DNA of 57,887 nucleotides, filler included, from Thelocarpon superellum (lineage: Eukaryota), in the NCBI GenBank assembly GCA_026025795.1. It is 2 parts of 2 records of this genome, joined end to end, with 100 filler letters (N's around TTAATTAATTAA, not from the genome) between each part and the next. Parts side by side here need not be neighbours in the genome. Positions count along the whole stretch, not along the records: positions 1 to 28,904 come from JAPEUG010000229.1; positions 29,005 to 57,887 come from JAPEUG010000230.1. One strand, given 5' to 3'. Position numbers and translations under genes: made by a program. Positions within the stretch are counted from its first letter, which is position 1; each line of letters starts with the position of its first letter. The notes under the pieces are model-generated. The model was not told the DNA's origin, made no database searches, and worked only from the letters and a program-made list of their open reading frames with translations. This document shows positions 24,204 through 36,310 of the stretch, in pieces.

Positions 24204-25439
24204 GACCGTCACGTAGTACGATCATTCGTACTCTGCGAAAACATAGGGAGGCATGGGGAGGCACACGGACGAAAGCCATCGTTGATATACTTGTCGTACC
24301 TGATTCGGGCAGTTGGTCTTGTGCACCGTTGCATGTGTTGTGGATTCCACATGGCACATGGCAATAACCGCACGGGCTCACAAGTGATCCAGAACAATGA
24401 ACGGGTGCCATCTTCGGAAGAAGATTGTCGGCTAGCATGCCGATTAAGAAAGCCAGACAACGTGGGTGGCCTTCTATGAGGCATTAAGGAAAATTTGCAT
24501 GAATCGCCATCGCCCTGCGGTATTAGGTCATGGTCCACGCTCCAGGTTCCACTCGCCAGGCGGGAGCGCCGTCCGCTGATAGGAGGAGAGCCGTCTAGAA
24601 GCTCTGGCCAAGTATGATGATGCCATCTGCATACCATCTACACGGGAGATGATGTGAGTCCAAGACGAGAACCGCGCTTCGCCTCGCCCATGCTGCGTCC
24701 CGATCGAGATCGTGCCTGAATCCCCCACGCCGTCAGACAGATCCTCCGCACCACATGCAGACTATCCCACGCGTCGCATATCATGGAGTCCTTGTCCACA
24801 TGCTGCGAGCAGCGTGCCAGCCATCAAGTTGAGGATCAGGTCGAAAACAGGATCCAGCCCTGGATCCCATGTTGTATCATGACACCCTTTGCAATTACGT
24901 ACGAGGAAATGTTTTTGACTCTCTGGGCGCGACTCCTCGTGGTCAGGAAGATGCCTCTCGATGCGGCTGTCGAGGATAGGCCTCCTTGACTTGCCTCGCG
25001 CCATGCATTCGGGGAATAAGCCATCGCCGGAGCGAGGACCATGACAAGCCCCTCCATCACGCATGAATAGGACATTCGACAGCTCCACAGACGGTCTGCA
25101 TCCTCCACAGCCAGGCCCTGTGCCGGGCCATCAAGCCAAACTTTCGTGCCATGGAGGTGGCGCAATTGTTCGGGATGGGGTGGTGATCGCGACGCACGTC
25201 GAACGTCTCCTCACCGGAAGGTTCTTTTGATTCGATCCCCTGCATCACCTCGGCGTTCCTGCTCGCTGCATATGTCCGTCGCCCCAGCGCGACATCTACT
25301 GCTCTACATACAAGCAATGACCATCTATTGGCCCTCCGCCGGCCCTGACTCATTCCATGTTCTTCCCTCGCCGATGGAGTGAAGTTAGCCTTGTGCCTAC
25401 GGTGGTGCAAGAAGCAAAACAGCCACAGGCAGAGCGTGC

Positions 25440-28222
25440 TCAGAGATTATTCTCCTGCTTGAATCGATCCCAGGCCTCGTTGAGCGTGCTAAAGACCGCT
25501 CCGCTAATCATGCGCTGTTCGGTCGTCGCCGTCAGTGCAAGCTAGGCAGGACATCAGCACCCTGGTGGGGAGAATGGAGGCTTTTCAATGGCAGACCACT
25601 TACCTTGTCCGGGTGGACCTTGGCGATGCCCTTCATGTAAACCACCTTGACCTTGTTAGGAAGTACGAGCTCATGCATGCCCACCTTCTTCCAGCCCGCC
25701 TCCGGCCACAGGACCGCATCGAGGCTACCCAAGAGGGCGCGTAGATTGTCTTGTTTTCCCCCTTTCCATGCCGTCAATCGCGCGTCGACGCTATCTGCCA
25801 GGGCAAATTTCTCGTCGTCCACCTTCTCGGCCGCCGCGTTGGCTTCGCGCAACCGCGACACCGCCTCGGCCGACTCGCGCGAGATGACGGAGGCGCCCGG
25901 CCGCGTCGACGCCCGGGGCGCTCCCTTCCGGGATATGGTTGGGGCCGGTCGAGTGGGAGCGCGGGCAGAGCCGTTACCCAGCCCCGCCGCCTTCTCGCAC
26001 CGGTCACGACCCTGGATGCTTGTGGACCCGCCCACTCCCGCCTCAACCGCTTCCTTCCACGCCTTCCCGGCCTCTGGCCATTTCTCCATGTGCTCTAACG
26101 CTTCCGCTTTCCGCATCAACGCCTTGCCAAAGTAATCCCGCATCTCTTTAGTCCCCTCGCCCCCACCGAGCATGATCTGTTCATTGTCGCCGTGCGAGAC
26201 GCCGATGATGGCCAGCACCTGCTCCGCATCGGCTACCGCCGCCTTGGAGTCGCCAACTTTGAGATTGACCAGCGCGCGGTTGCACAGGACGATGATGGCC
26301 ACGGGGTGTCGTGGCGGGAGGGGAGCGAGGGCGCTCGAATAGAAGGTGTGAGAGCTTGCAAAGTCTCCGCGTTTGAACGCTTCGGTTCCCTTGTGTCGTT
26401 GCGAGGCTGAGGTCGAGAGGGCTGCGGCCGAGACGGGCGGAATCTGCCGCACCGGTGCCCGCGGACGCGTCGGAATAGATACAGAGTGCGTCCCCGTAGA
26501 TGCTGGAGTATGGCGGTCTTCTGTGCGCGCCTTCTTGGGTTGTTCTGGTGCAATGGGCAGTAATCCGAAGCGAGGTCCGGCGGGAGCGCCGGTTGCCACG
26601 GGCTTCTTTCGCCGCGCCGGACTCACATAGGACTGTGCGCTTTGTTCCTCATTCGCTTGTCGGCTGAGCTTCGCCCTGGCATCGAGTTCGAGGACCCTCG
26701 TGGGAGGCTGTCGGGTGTCCGGCGTAGGCCTCTCCCTGCCCCTGGGCCCATCATCCGGAAATGCCGACGGGCTGTCTCGTCGTGCACCCTCCAGGGATCG
26801 AGGTGGTTGAGGCTTGGGCTTCTCCGATCGAGCCTGCTGTTTGGCTGCCGGCCTTCCAGCTCTAGCCTCGAGCATCAGCGCCTCGTCGGTAATGTCCTTC
26901 TCGCGCGAGCTATTGGTAGCTTCTCGGGCCTCGGCATGTAGCGGGCTCTTTTGTCGCGCTCCGTGCGAGCCTGTGGGCTCATCCGCGCGGGCTGGCCGCC
27001 GTGGTGTCGTGTCGTGGGCGTGGGCCTCGCGCATCCACTTGGGTTGACTGGGATCGCCATCGGACTGGAGCTCCGTCACCGCTTTCTGGACCTTCTTCCT
27101 TCCCGTAGTCCATAGGGCATTCGCCGACTTGAAGAGCTGGCTCCCCACCTCGGATGCATACGTTCCCACATCCTTCTCACCATAGACAGCAGACGATCCA
27201 TTGGCACGGGCCGTGGACCGCGATGGCTCATTCTGCCGCATCCACAGCGGGTTTGGACCCGCCGCCGTAACGCCAGCCGAGCTGGCATCGTCATCAGGGT
27301 GTCCCAAGCTCGCTCTGACGTTCTTGTGTTGGGACTGCTGCTTCGACGCCCGATGCGCTTCCGACAGGAGCCACCCCACCGCGGCCTGAACATCCTGCCC
27401 AGACTCCGTAGCCGCCAAGGCCTCCCGAGCTTTAGAAGCAGGGAAGCCCATATCTACCAGCTCGGTGACGGCTCCCTGGCTTGAATCATCCTCTGCGGGG
27501 CGACTTCTCTGGACCTGAGGGTCGGACGCGGGCAGCAGTGACGACGACGGCGGACGAATTTCGGACACGGGCTTGCCCAGTAGACCCAGCACATCATCGT
27601 CTGCGTCGTCAGCCGGTAGCTCTCGTGTTGGCCGACCGGTGGGGGAAGTCATGTGACCAAGGCCAAACGGGTCATCGTCTGTCGCCTGCGCGGGTCGGCC
27701 AGTCGTCGCAGGAGAGAAATTGGTGGAACTGTCCACTTTGGCCCTGGCGGAGAAGGCGGCCAAGAAGTCGTCATCTGTGTCATCTACCTGAAGCCTTGAC
27801 GTGGGGAGGTCGGGTGTTGCCCGTGACCGGTCCAATGCGTCCCACGCGGTGGCATCGCGTGCCCCAAACTGGTCATCGAAGGCCTTTTGCTTTGCTGCCT
27901 CCTGCCGCGACCGTTCCTCTTCCAGTCTTCGTTGCTTCTCTTGTAGCGTCAGACTGGAGGACGTCTTGCTCGGCTGAAAGGACACCAGATTGGAAAAGCT
28001 GTCGGTGTTGTTGCTCGCGAGCTTAGATGCCGGTCGTGACGAGGCAGCACTGCCGCCCAACGATGCCGGGGTCATCGTCGAGGCGGGGGTGGAGCGTCCG
28101 GAGATGGAGGGCGAGGGGCTTGGTCGGAGGGGAGGATAGAAGGATGTCGATGCCGTGGACGTAGGTCGCGTGCTGGCCGCGGTCGACTGGTTCGACCAGT
28201 CAAGGCCGGCAAGATCATCCAT
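25440..28222 (-). CDS. SWA2: Auxilin-like clathrin-uncoating factor (UBA, TPR, J domain), ~906 aa
   Basis: MDDLAGLDW start; DPF and acidic-hydrophobic clathrin/adaptor-type motifs; UBA (ELVDMGF...AVGWLL); TPR (GTEAFKRGDF, LCNRAL); C-terminal NLRALLGSL...KVHPDK|...VFSTLNEAWDRF. Intron 25603-25542. Confidence 0.92.
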
Positions 28223-28904
28223 GGCTGGTGCGCACGCGGGCTGCTGGATCTCGGAGACATGAGATAGTGGCGGGAGATCGACTGGGTCTCACGGCAAGAT
28301 GTGAGGCAGGTTGAGTGAAGCCATAGTCCGCGAGCCGGTTTAGCTTACATTCGTTTCAGTGTGGATTTACTGGCAGAAGTCATCATCAATCACTGGTGTC
28401 ACCGCATCGAACAACAGGTACCACGTTCATAGCGCCGGAGTGATCAAGCTTAGCCAGGGAACGATCTTACACCAGGTTTGGCGTAACGGAACGGCCTCGG
28501 TTAGCGACGAGTGACAATCGGGCAGTGATGCTACGCTACGGGGCCCGCCGTCCACCTTACCTAAGTGCAAGTCGCGGCGACGCAAGGAGCCACCAGCAAG
28601 GCCGAGAATTTGCTAATGACAGGATTGGTGAATCAATGAGCTCAAAGATGTAGCAACGCGGTCGGCATATGAGACCGCTCTCACGCCTGGCACCGATGGT
28701 CCTGCTTGATACACTCTTCCGAGAGTCACATGACACGACACACCACCAAAGCACGGACGCAATGCACGCAATGAGGCCCCGACCTAGAGTGAGCCGAGCC
28801 AAGCCTGTCGCTTGCTGCAGGTAGTGGGGAGGGGTTCGGAGCGGGGCAACGAGGATCACTATGAGTACAGGCTCGGGATTCGTGGGGAGCTCCGTATTTT
28901 CCCT

Positions 28905-29004
28905 NNNNNNNNNNNNNNNNNNNNNNNNNNNNNNNNNNNNNNNNNNNNTTAATTAATTAANNNNNNNNNNNNNNNNNNNNNNNNNNNNNNNNNNNNNNNN
29001 NNNN
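28905..29004. other. Artificial contig-joining linker / assembly gap
   Basis: 44 N + TTAATTAATTAA + 44 N = exactly 100 nt; the palindromic 12-mer gives TAA stops in all six frames. Confidence 0.95.
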
Positions 29005-30469
29005 TTGGCGGAAGCAGCACATGAACGCGCCTCCTGGAAGCATAAGTGCCACCGCGACTTGAAACCCTGGCGGGCCGCCCCCGAATCTGCACGTTGCGCT
29101 GCCTGCCTCTGCCCTATGCGGTCGGCTGTGTCACTTTCTCCTGTCTCGCAGGGGCTTATCAGTCCCCATACCAGAATCAACAGGATCCAGGCGACGATGC
29201 ATTCCAATGCTTCTACGACAAACCTTCCAGTCACCTCTTCAGATGATTGCGCGTACGAGGAAGTGCAAGTCGGGGCCCCGCACTTTGCTGGTGTCTGAGA
29301 CCGACGAGCCCACTTGCAGCGCTCCTGGAGCAGAGAGAGTTCTCGGATGGTGCGATTACACGTATGAGTACACGTACGACGACCATATTCGCCCTCTGTC
29401 CCTCGTACTCATTGAGGATGGACCACCACCCCTGCACCGCGCATTGATTCGTATTCTCTTACCAATCGATAAACGCACCGTGCAACTGCTGTCCTCTGCT
29501 CTTGCGCCCAACGTCGTAGCAGGAGAACACGCGAGGCCTGCATGCGCCGGAGTCGTATCGGTCGGCGCAGTCACCTTTCGCGGTCAGCTCGCGGTCAGCG
29601 CAGCGATCCTGGTGGTGTTGGAGGGCGAAAGGATTAGGGTGGGGTGTACACCAGTCGCCGCTCCGGGTCAGCCAGGCTCAGTCGACGTGGGTCGCTTGAG
29701 CCCAAATTCGTCGAGCGCTCGCAGGGATGGCAGCACGGAGTCCTCGGATGTCGCTAGCAGCAGCAACAACAGCGGCGCACGCAGGAGCAACGAGGGAGAA
29801 CTACCGTTCGCTACTCGTGCCGACCGAGACTCGCGGCAAGCCTGCCCCAGTCCAAGACGTGTGTGAGCGAATGAGTACCGTAGTGCAGTGTCGCCCCCAA
29901 GCCCCCAAGCCCAACGCCTCCTCGTCGTGCGGTGTAACGCGGGTGCCGGCTACTGACAAAGTCGACGCAAATCTGTCCCCCGCCCCCGGTCCCGATCAAT
30001 GTTTAGTCGACAGGTCGTGACGAGAGCTGGACCCCGATCTGAAAGATCATCCACTCGATCCATTGGGCCACTGTCAGTGCGAGCCGCTGTCCACCATCCG
30101 GCATCCGACTCACGAACCGCATCGGAGCGGTGAATCCCCGATCGGTCAGAGTCAGTTCGTCTGATCGCGCACCAGGGTCACGACCAGCGCGGTGTTAGAT
30201 CGTCATCATCACTCTCGCTCCATCATCGAGCAATCCTCACCAATACTCACCATTCCCGGGCATGACGCGCGCACCATCTGGAATTCCTCCTCGCCGGCAT
30301 CGCCGCTCATGATCCTGCCCTCGGCCGGAGCCTCGCTCAGCCATCCCCTCGCTACTGTTGACCCTCCCTCGTCCCCCCTCGCGGAGGGCACCTTCACGCC
30401 TCTTGACCGCCACATCCCACCTCCCACCCCGTTCGCGGGATTTGGGGCCGATCTTCCTCCAGCGGCGCC

Positions 30470-33400
30470 ATGAGCCCCACAACCGACAGCCAAATATCCA
30501 CCCCGATCAAGCGCATTCGATGGGCCACTCAGCGCGTCGCCGGCACCAGCGGGAGCCGAAAACGTCGCTCCATCATCGATCGCTTCCATCACCGCTCCGG
30601 CTCCAATGAGAAGAAACGTGAATCAGCCGGCTCGGGCTCGGGCGCGGGCTCCGTCGACAGCTCACCATTACCTCCGGTTGAGGAAGAGGACAAAGAGGCC
30701 GACCGAGGCCCGTCCGACGATGACCAGCCGGGCCGACGCATCTTCTTCAACATTCCCCTGCCTGACGACGCCAAGGATAGCGACGGTCACCCCCTCGCCC
30801 ACTTCGACCGCAACAAGATTCGCACGTCCAAATACACCCCTTTGAGCTTCCTTCCCAAGAACCTGTGGTTCCAGTTCCACAACGTCGCCAACATCTACTT
30901 CCTCGTCCTCATCATTCTCGCCTACTTCCCTATCTTCGGCGCAACCAACCCTGGCCTGGGATCCGTCCCGCTGATCGTCATCCTCGTCATCACCGCCCTC
31001 AAGGATGCCATCGAAGATTATCGCCGTACCAATCTAGACAACGAGCTGAACAACTCCCCCGTCCACCGTCTCGTCGAGTGGGCCAATGTCAACGTCACCG
31101 AGGACGACGTGTCATTGTGGCGTCGAATCAAGAAGGCCACGTCCCATGGGATCGGCCGACTTTGGTCCGTCTGGAGCAATCGCAAGCATCGATCCGCCGC
31201 CAAGGGCAAAAGTTCCGACGACATGGCCAACGAAGCCCCTCGTCCCTCAATGGAAACCCGCGCCACCCCCCGGAACTCCATCTATCCGCCCTTCTCCCAA
31301 CGCTCCTCCTTCCAGTCGGCGCGGAGCCACGCGGAGGATGAGGGCGGCATCCCCATGACCCAGGTGCAGTCCCCAACCCGTGCTACCCACGCCAACGGCA
31401 ACGGCTACAGCGCCGCCAACCCCCGGCCTGAGACCACTTTTTCATACGAAGAAGAAGCTCTCAGCGATGGGGACGCTGCGGTCGCCGCTCGACCGACGCG
31501 CGAGAGCGTTCCTCCACCGCCTCGCAGCGACGGCACCTTGATCGACCCAAGCGCGCCCATCACCGGCAAGGCCCGCTTCAAGAAAGATCGCTGGAAGAAT
31601 GTCAAGGTTGGCGACTTCGTACGCATCTATAATGATGACCAAGTCCCGGCCGATATTGTCATTCTTTCCACCTCCGACCCCGACGGCGCCTGCTATGTCG
31701 AGACCAAGAACCTTGATGGGGAGACGAACCTCAAGGTGCGTCAAGCGCTCCACAGCGGCCGCAAGATCATGCACGCGCGCGACTGTGAGCGTGCGCGCTT
31801 CATCATCGAGAGTGAGCCTCCGCACGCAAATTTGTACCAGTACAGTGGCGTGGTCAAATGGCACCAGCCCGGGGGCAACAAGGCCAAGGTCGAGGCCGAG
31901 GCCGAGCCGGCCCCGCTCAACATGGCCGAGCCCATCTCCATTCACAACCTGTTGCTGCGCGGATGCAGTCTGCGCAACACCGACTGGATTCTGGGAGTGG
32001 TCGCCTTCACAGGACAAGAGACGAAGATCATGGTCAACGCCGGCGCCACCCCGAGCAAGCGGTCACGCATCGCACGTGAGCTCAACTGGAACGTTATCTA
32101 CAACTTCGTCATTCTCCTCGTCATGTGCATCGTCTCCGCTGTCGTGCAGGGGGTCATCTGGGGTCAGGGTCACCACTCACTGGACTACTTTGAGTTTGGC
32201 TCCATCGGTGGCACCCCGGCCCTCGACGGCTTCATCACCTTTTGGACCGTCATCATCCTCTTCCAGAATTTGGTGCCCATTTCGCTGTACATCTCGCTCG
32301 AGATCATCAAGACGGCACAGGCCTTCTTCATCTACAACGACACGTTCATGTACTACGATCGCCTCGACTATCCCTGCACGCCCAAGTCGTGGAACATCTC
32401 CGACGACCTGGGCCAGATCGAATACATCTTCTCCGACAAGACGGGCACGTTGACGCAGAATGTTATGGAGTTCCGCAAATGCTCCATCAACGGTGTGCCT
32501 TACGGCGAGGCTTACACCGAGGCCCAGGCCGGCCTGCAGCGGCGGTTGGGCGTCGACGTTGAGGCCGAGGGCGCCGAGGTGCGTGCCCAGATCGCGCGCG
32601 ACCGCGTGCAGATGCTGGCCGACCTGCGTGCCTTGGCACCCAACCCATACCTGCATGACGACGAGCTCACCTTCGTGGCGCCTGACTACGTCACCGATCT
32701 GGGCGGCGCGTCGGGCGAGGCACAGAAGCAAGCCAACGAGCATTTCATGCTGGTCCTGGCCCTTTGCCACACCGTCATCTCCGAGCGGACTCCGGGTGAC
32801 CCGCCCAAGATCGAGTTCAAAGCGCAATCGCCCGATGAGGCGGCGCTGGTGGCCACGGCACGCGACTGCGGCTTCACCGTGCTGGGGCGCACGCGCGACG
32901 GCATCATCCTCAACGTGCTGGGCGAGGAACGCGAGTATCAGGTTCTCAATACGCTCGAGTTCAACTCCTCGCGCAAGCGGATGAGCGCCATCATCCGCAC
33001 GCCGCATGACAATCGCATCTTCCTCTTTTGTAAGGGCGCCGACAGCGTCATCTACTCGCGCCTCGCCCGTGGCGAACAACCGGAGCTACGCCAGTCGACG
33101 GCCGAGCACCTTGAGATGTTTGCGCGTGAGGGCCTGCGCACGCTGTGCATTGCCCAGCGAGAGCTGGCCGAGGAAGAGTATCAAGCCTGGAGCCGGGAGC
33201 ACGATGCGGCCGCGTCGGCGGTGCAGGATCGTGAGGACAAGCTGGACCAGGTGTCGGATGCCATCGAACGCGAGCTGACGCTGCTGGGTGGCACGGCGAT
33301 CGAGGATCGACTGCAGGATGGGGTGCCGGATACCATCTCGCTGCTGGGCGAGGCGGGCATCAAGCTGTGGGTCCTGACGGGCGACAAGGTGGAGACGGCC

Positions 33401-35166
33401 ATCAACATCGGCTTCTCGTGCAACCTGCTGTCCAACGACATGGACCTGATCGTGCTCAAGATTGAGGATGAGCAGGTGGAGAGCGCGGCGACAGAGCTGG
33501 ACCGCTGGCTGGCCACGTTCGGCATGACGGGGTCCGACGCGGAGCTGGCAGCGGCGCGACTCGACCACCGGCCGCCAGGGCCCACACACGCGCTCGTCAT
33601 CGACGGTGACTCGCTCAAGCTGGTGTTGCGCGACGAGCTCCGGCAGCGGTTCTTGCTACTGTGTAAGCAGTGCAAGTCCGTGCTCTGCTGTCGTGTCAGC
33701 CCGAGCCAAAAGGCCGCGGTGGTGCAGCTGGTCAAGACGAGCTTGGACGTCATGACGCTGTCCATTGGTGACGGCGCCAACGACGTGGCGATGATCCAGG
33801 TGGCCGATGTGGGCGTGGGCATCGCTGGCGAGGAAGGCCGACAGGCAGTCATGACGTCCGACTACGCCATCGGCCAGTTCCGCTTCCTGCAGCGGCTGCT
33901 ACTCGTGCACGGCCGCTGGTCCTACCGGCGCCTGGCCGAGACGATCGCCAACTTCTTCTACAAGAACATGGTCTGGACCTTCGCCCTATTCTGGTATCAG
34001 ATCTTCGACAACTTTGACGGCGCCTATCTCTTCGACTACAGCTACATCCTGCTGTACAACCTGGCCTTCACCTCACTGCCCATCATCCTCATGGGCATCC
34101 TCGACCAGGACGTGAGCGACACGGTCTCCCTGGCCGTGCCGGGCCTGTATCGACGTGGCATCGAGCGGAAGGAATGGACGCAGAGCAAGTTCTGGTACGT
34201 GACGGACGCGCCCTCCCCCTCCTCTCGCCCGCTCCGGCCATCCCTCCCTCGCGCTCTGGGCCCTGCTGACGTACCGCGCGCGATAGGTTGTACATGATCG
34301 ACGGCATCTACCAGTCTGCCATGTGCTTTACCATGCCCTACCTCCTCTTCGCGCCCGCGGCGGCCGTGACCAGCAGCGGGCAAGGAGTGGATGACTACCA
34401 ACGGCTTGGGGTGTACGTGGCGTGCGCGACCATCGTGGTAGTCAACGTCTTCGTCTTGCTCAACACGTATCGGTGGGACTGGCTCATCGTGCTCATCGTT
34501 TTCCTCAGCACGATCCTGATCTGGCTCTTCACTGGCATCTACACCTCCTTGACTACCTCCGACACCTTCTATAAGGCGGCCGCAGAGTGCTATGGTCAGC
34601 TGACCTTCTGGATGGTGTCGCTCCTGACGGTCAGCGTCTGCCTGCTGCCGCGCTTCGCGGCCAAGGCTTACCAGAAGATCTACCGGCCACGCGACGTCGA
34701 CATTGTGCGAGAGCAGGTGCGGCAAGGTCTCTTCCAGCACCTGGCGCAAGCCGACGCGTACGTCTCCCCGTCCCAAATGTCCTCGTCGGGGGCGTCGTCG
34801 GACATGTCCAAGCCCGCCGCGGGGCCAGCGCCGCGTGCCGAGCCTAACATGGAGGATGACGAAAGGCCCATCTACCCGCCCTCGACCGCGCCGACGGGAA
34901 CGACCCACAACGCCCTCAGCCAGCACGGCAGTGATGGCAGCGACGATACGGGCCGCCGACCCTCGTTCGATCCACCATCACGGCCGTCGATCGACCGGCA
35001 TCGGCCATCGTTTGATCGCATGCGCTCGTCCATGGATCGAATCCGGCCCAGCTACGAGGCCAGCAACGACTTCACCTCAGCCTCGCGCCTCACCCGGCTC
35101 GAGTCGAGCCACTGTCATACCCCGAGTGTACGCACGCAGGACATCACCGGCGACCTTCGATCTTGA
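30470..35166 (+). CDS. DNF1: P4-type ATPase phospholipid flippase, Dnf1/Dnf2 clade, ~1534 aa
   Basis: NKIRTSKYT, VETKNLDGETNLK, PISLY, DKTGTLT, QSPDE, EFNSSRKRMS, TGDKVETA, GDGAND, FFYKN; TM1-2 FGA motif. Intron 34195-34286. Confidence 0.95.
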
Positions 35167-36310
35167 CTCCGCTCGTCCGCTCTCCGCTCGTCTCGTTCCC
35201 GGCCTCTGTTCCCCATCTGCTGAACCATCTGTTCTCCCTCTTCCTCTCCCCCTCCCTCCGTCTCTGATCTGAACTTGATGATGATTGCACTGCCGGCGTT
35301 TGACCGTGCGGAAATGATGCCCTGAGGATGTGTGTCGGTCTTTGGCAGCGGGCGGCGCCGGCGCCGAGGCGTTCAGGAGTGGGTTTGATCGATCGAGCTC
35401 ACTCGCTGCATGCATCATCCGCGACACACACACCAACATACCAACACATCCACGCCCTTGCCCAAAAACCCACATACCCACATCAATGGCCTCACAGCGC
35501 CTCCTTGCCATGTTCCCCTTGTACAGTATGTGATGCGACCTCACGTGTATGTATGTAGACGATGTGTCAGCAGATCTAAACGCAACTGCGTGCCGGCTCG
35601 GTAGCGATGATCATCATTCCACGTCCCCGTGCGACACCCCGTAAGGAACGAATGCCACCCCACGACAGGTCCTGGGATGTAGTGATGGATCATGCTGCGT
35701 AGAGTCCGTGAAATAAAGGCAAGGCGCCGTGGCGGAAGAGGTGGAGTCTACTCCCCCGGGTAGCCGCGTGGCGTCTATCGCGCTTGTCCTGCTCTCGGCT
35801 ATCATCGATGGAATATCAAAAGTTCACGCCAGGGGGATGGAGCACTGCACCAACCGTCTTCGTCCCGCTCCATCCTTCCTCATCTGTCTTTCACGTCGTC
35901 ATTTCCTGTACGACTTTGTTGGGACAACTTTGTTCGGCCTAGGCTGGTACCTACGACGACGACTCAGCGCTCGGCGCGCGGCGTGTTACGGGTGCATGCA
36001 CTTTGTCCATCTAGACGAAAAAAGGTCGGCCCACGCTGGAAGTGACGCCCACCTCTCATCTACTCTTCTGAACATCATCTCAACATCGACGTTGCCGTCT
36101 CCTGATCTCCATCCTGTAGCCTGCTACGTCAGCTGCACGACCCAACTTACTGCCTCGATCGTAAAACCACCTGCTTCTCGCTGTAGCTGAGCTGGTCGCT
36201 CGTGACCATGACCGGACGAGGGTCGACGCGGACCGGGTGAGCGCGCGGGGTCTCCGCGAGGCTGATCAGAGATCCACGGCCACCGGGTGAGGGGCTACCA
36301 GACGTCCGTG

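Noticed and set aside
28949..28960. TTAATTAATTAA palindrome as a biological site
   Set aside because: Embedded symmetrically in Ns; synthetic stop linker.
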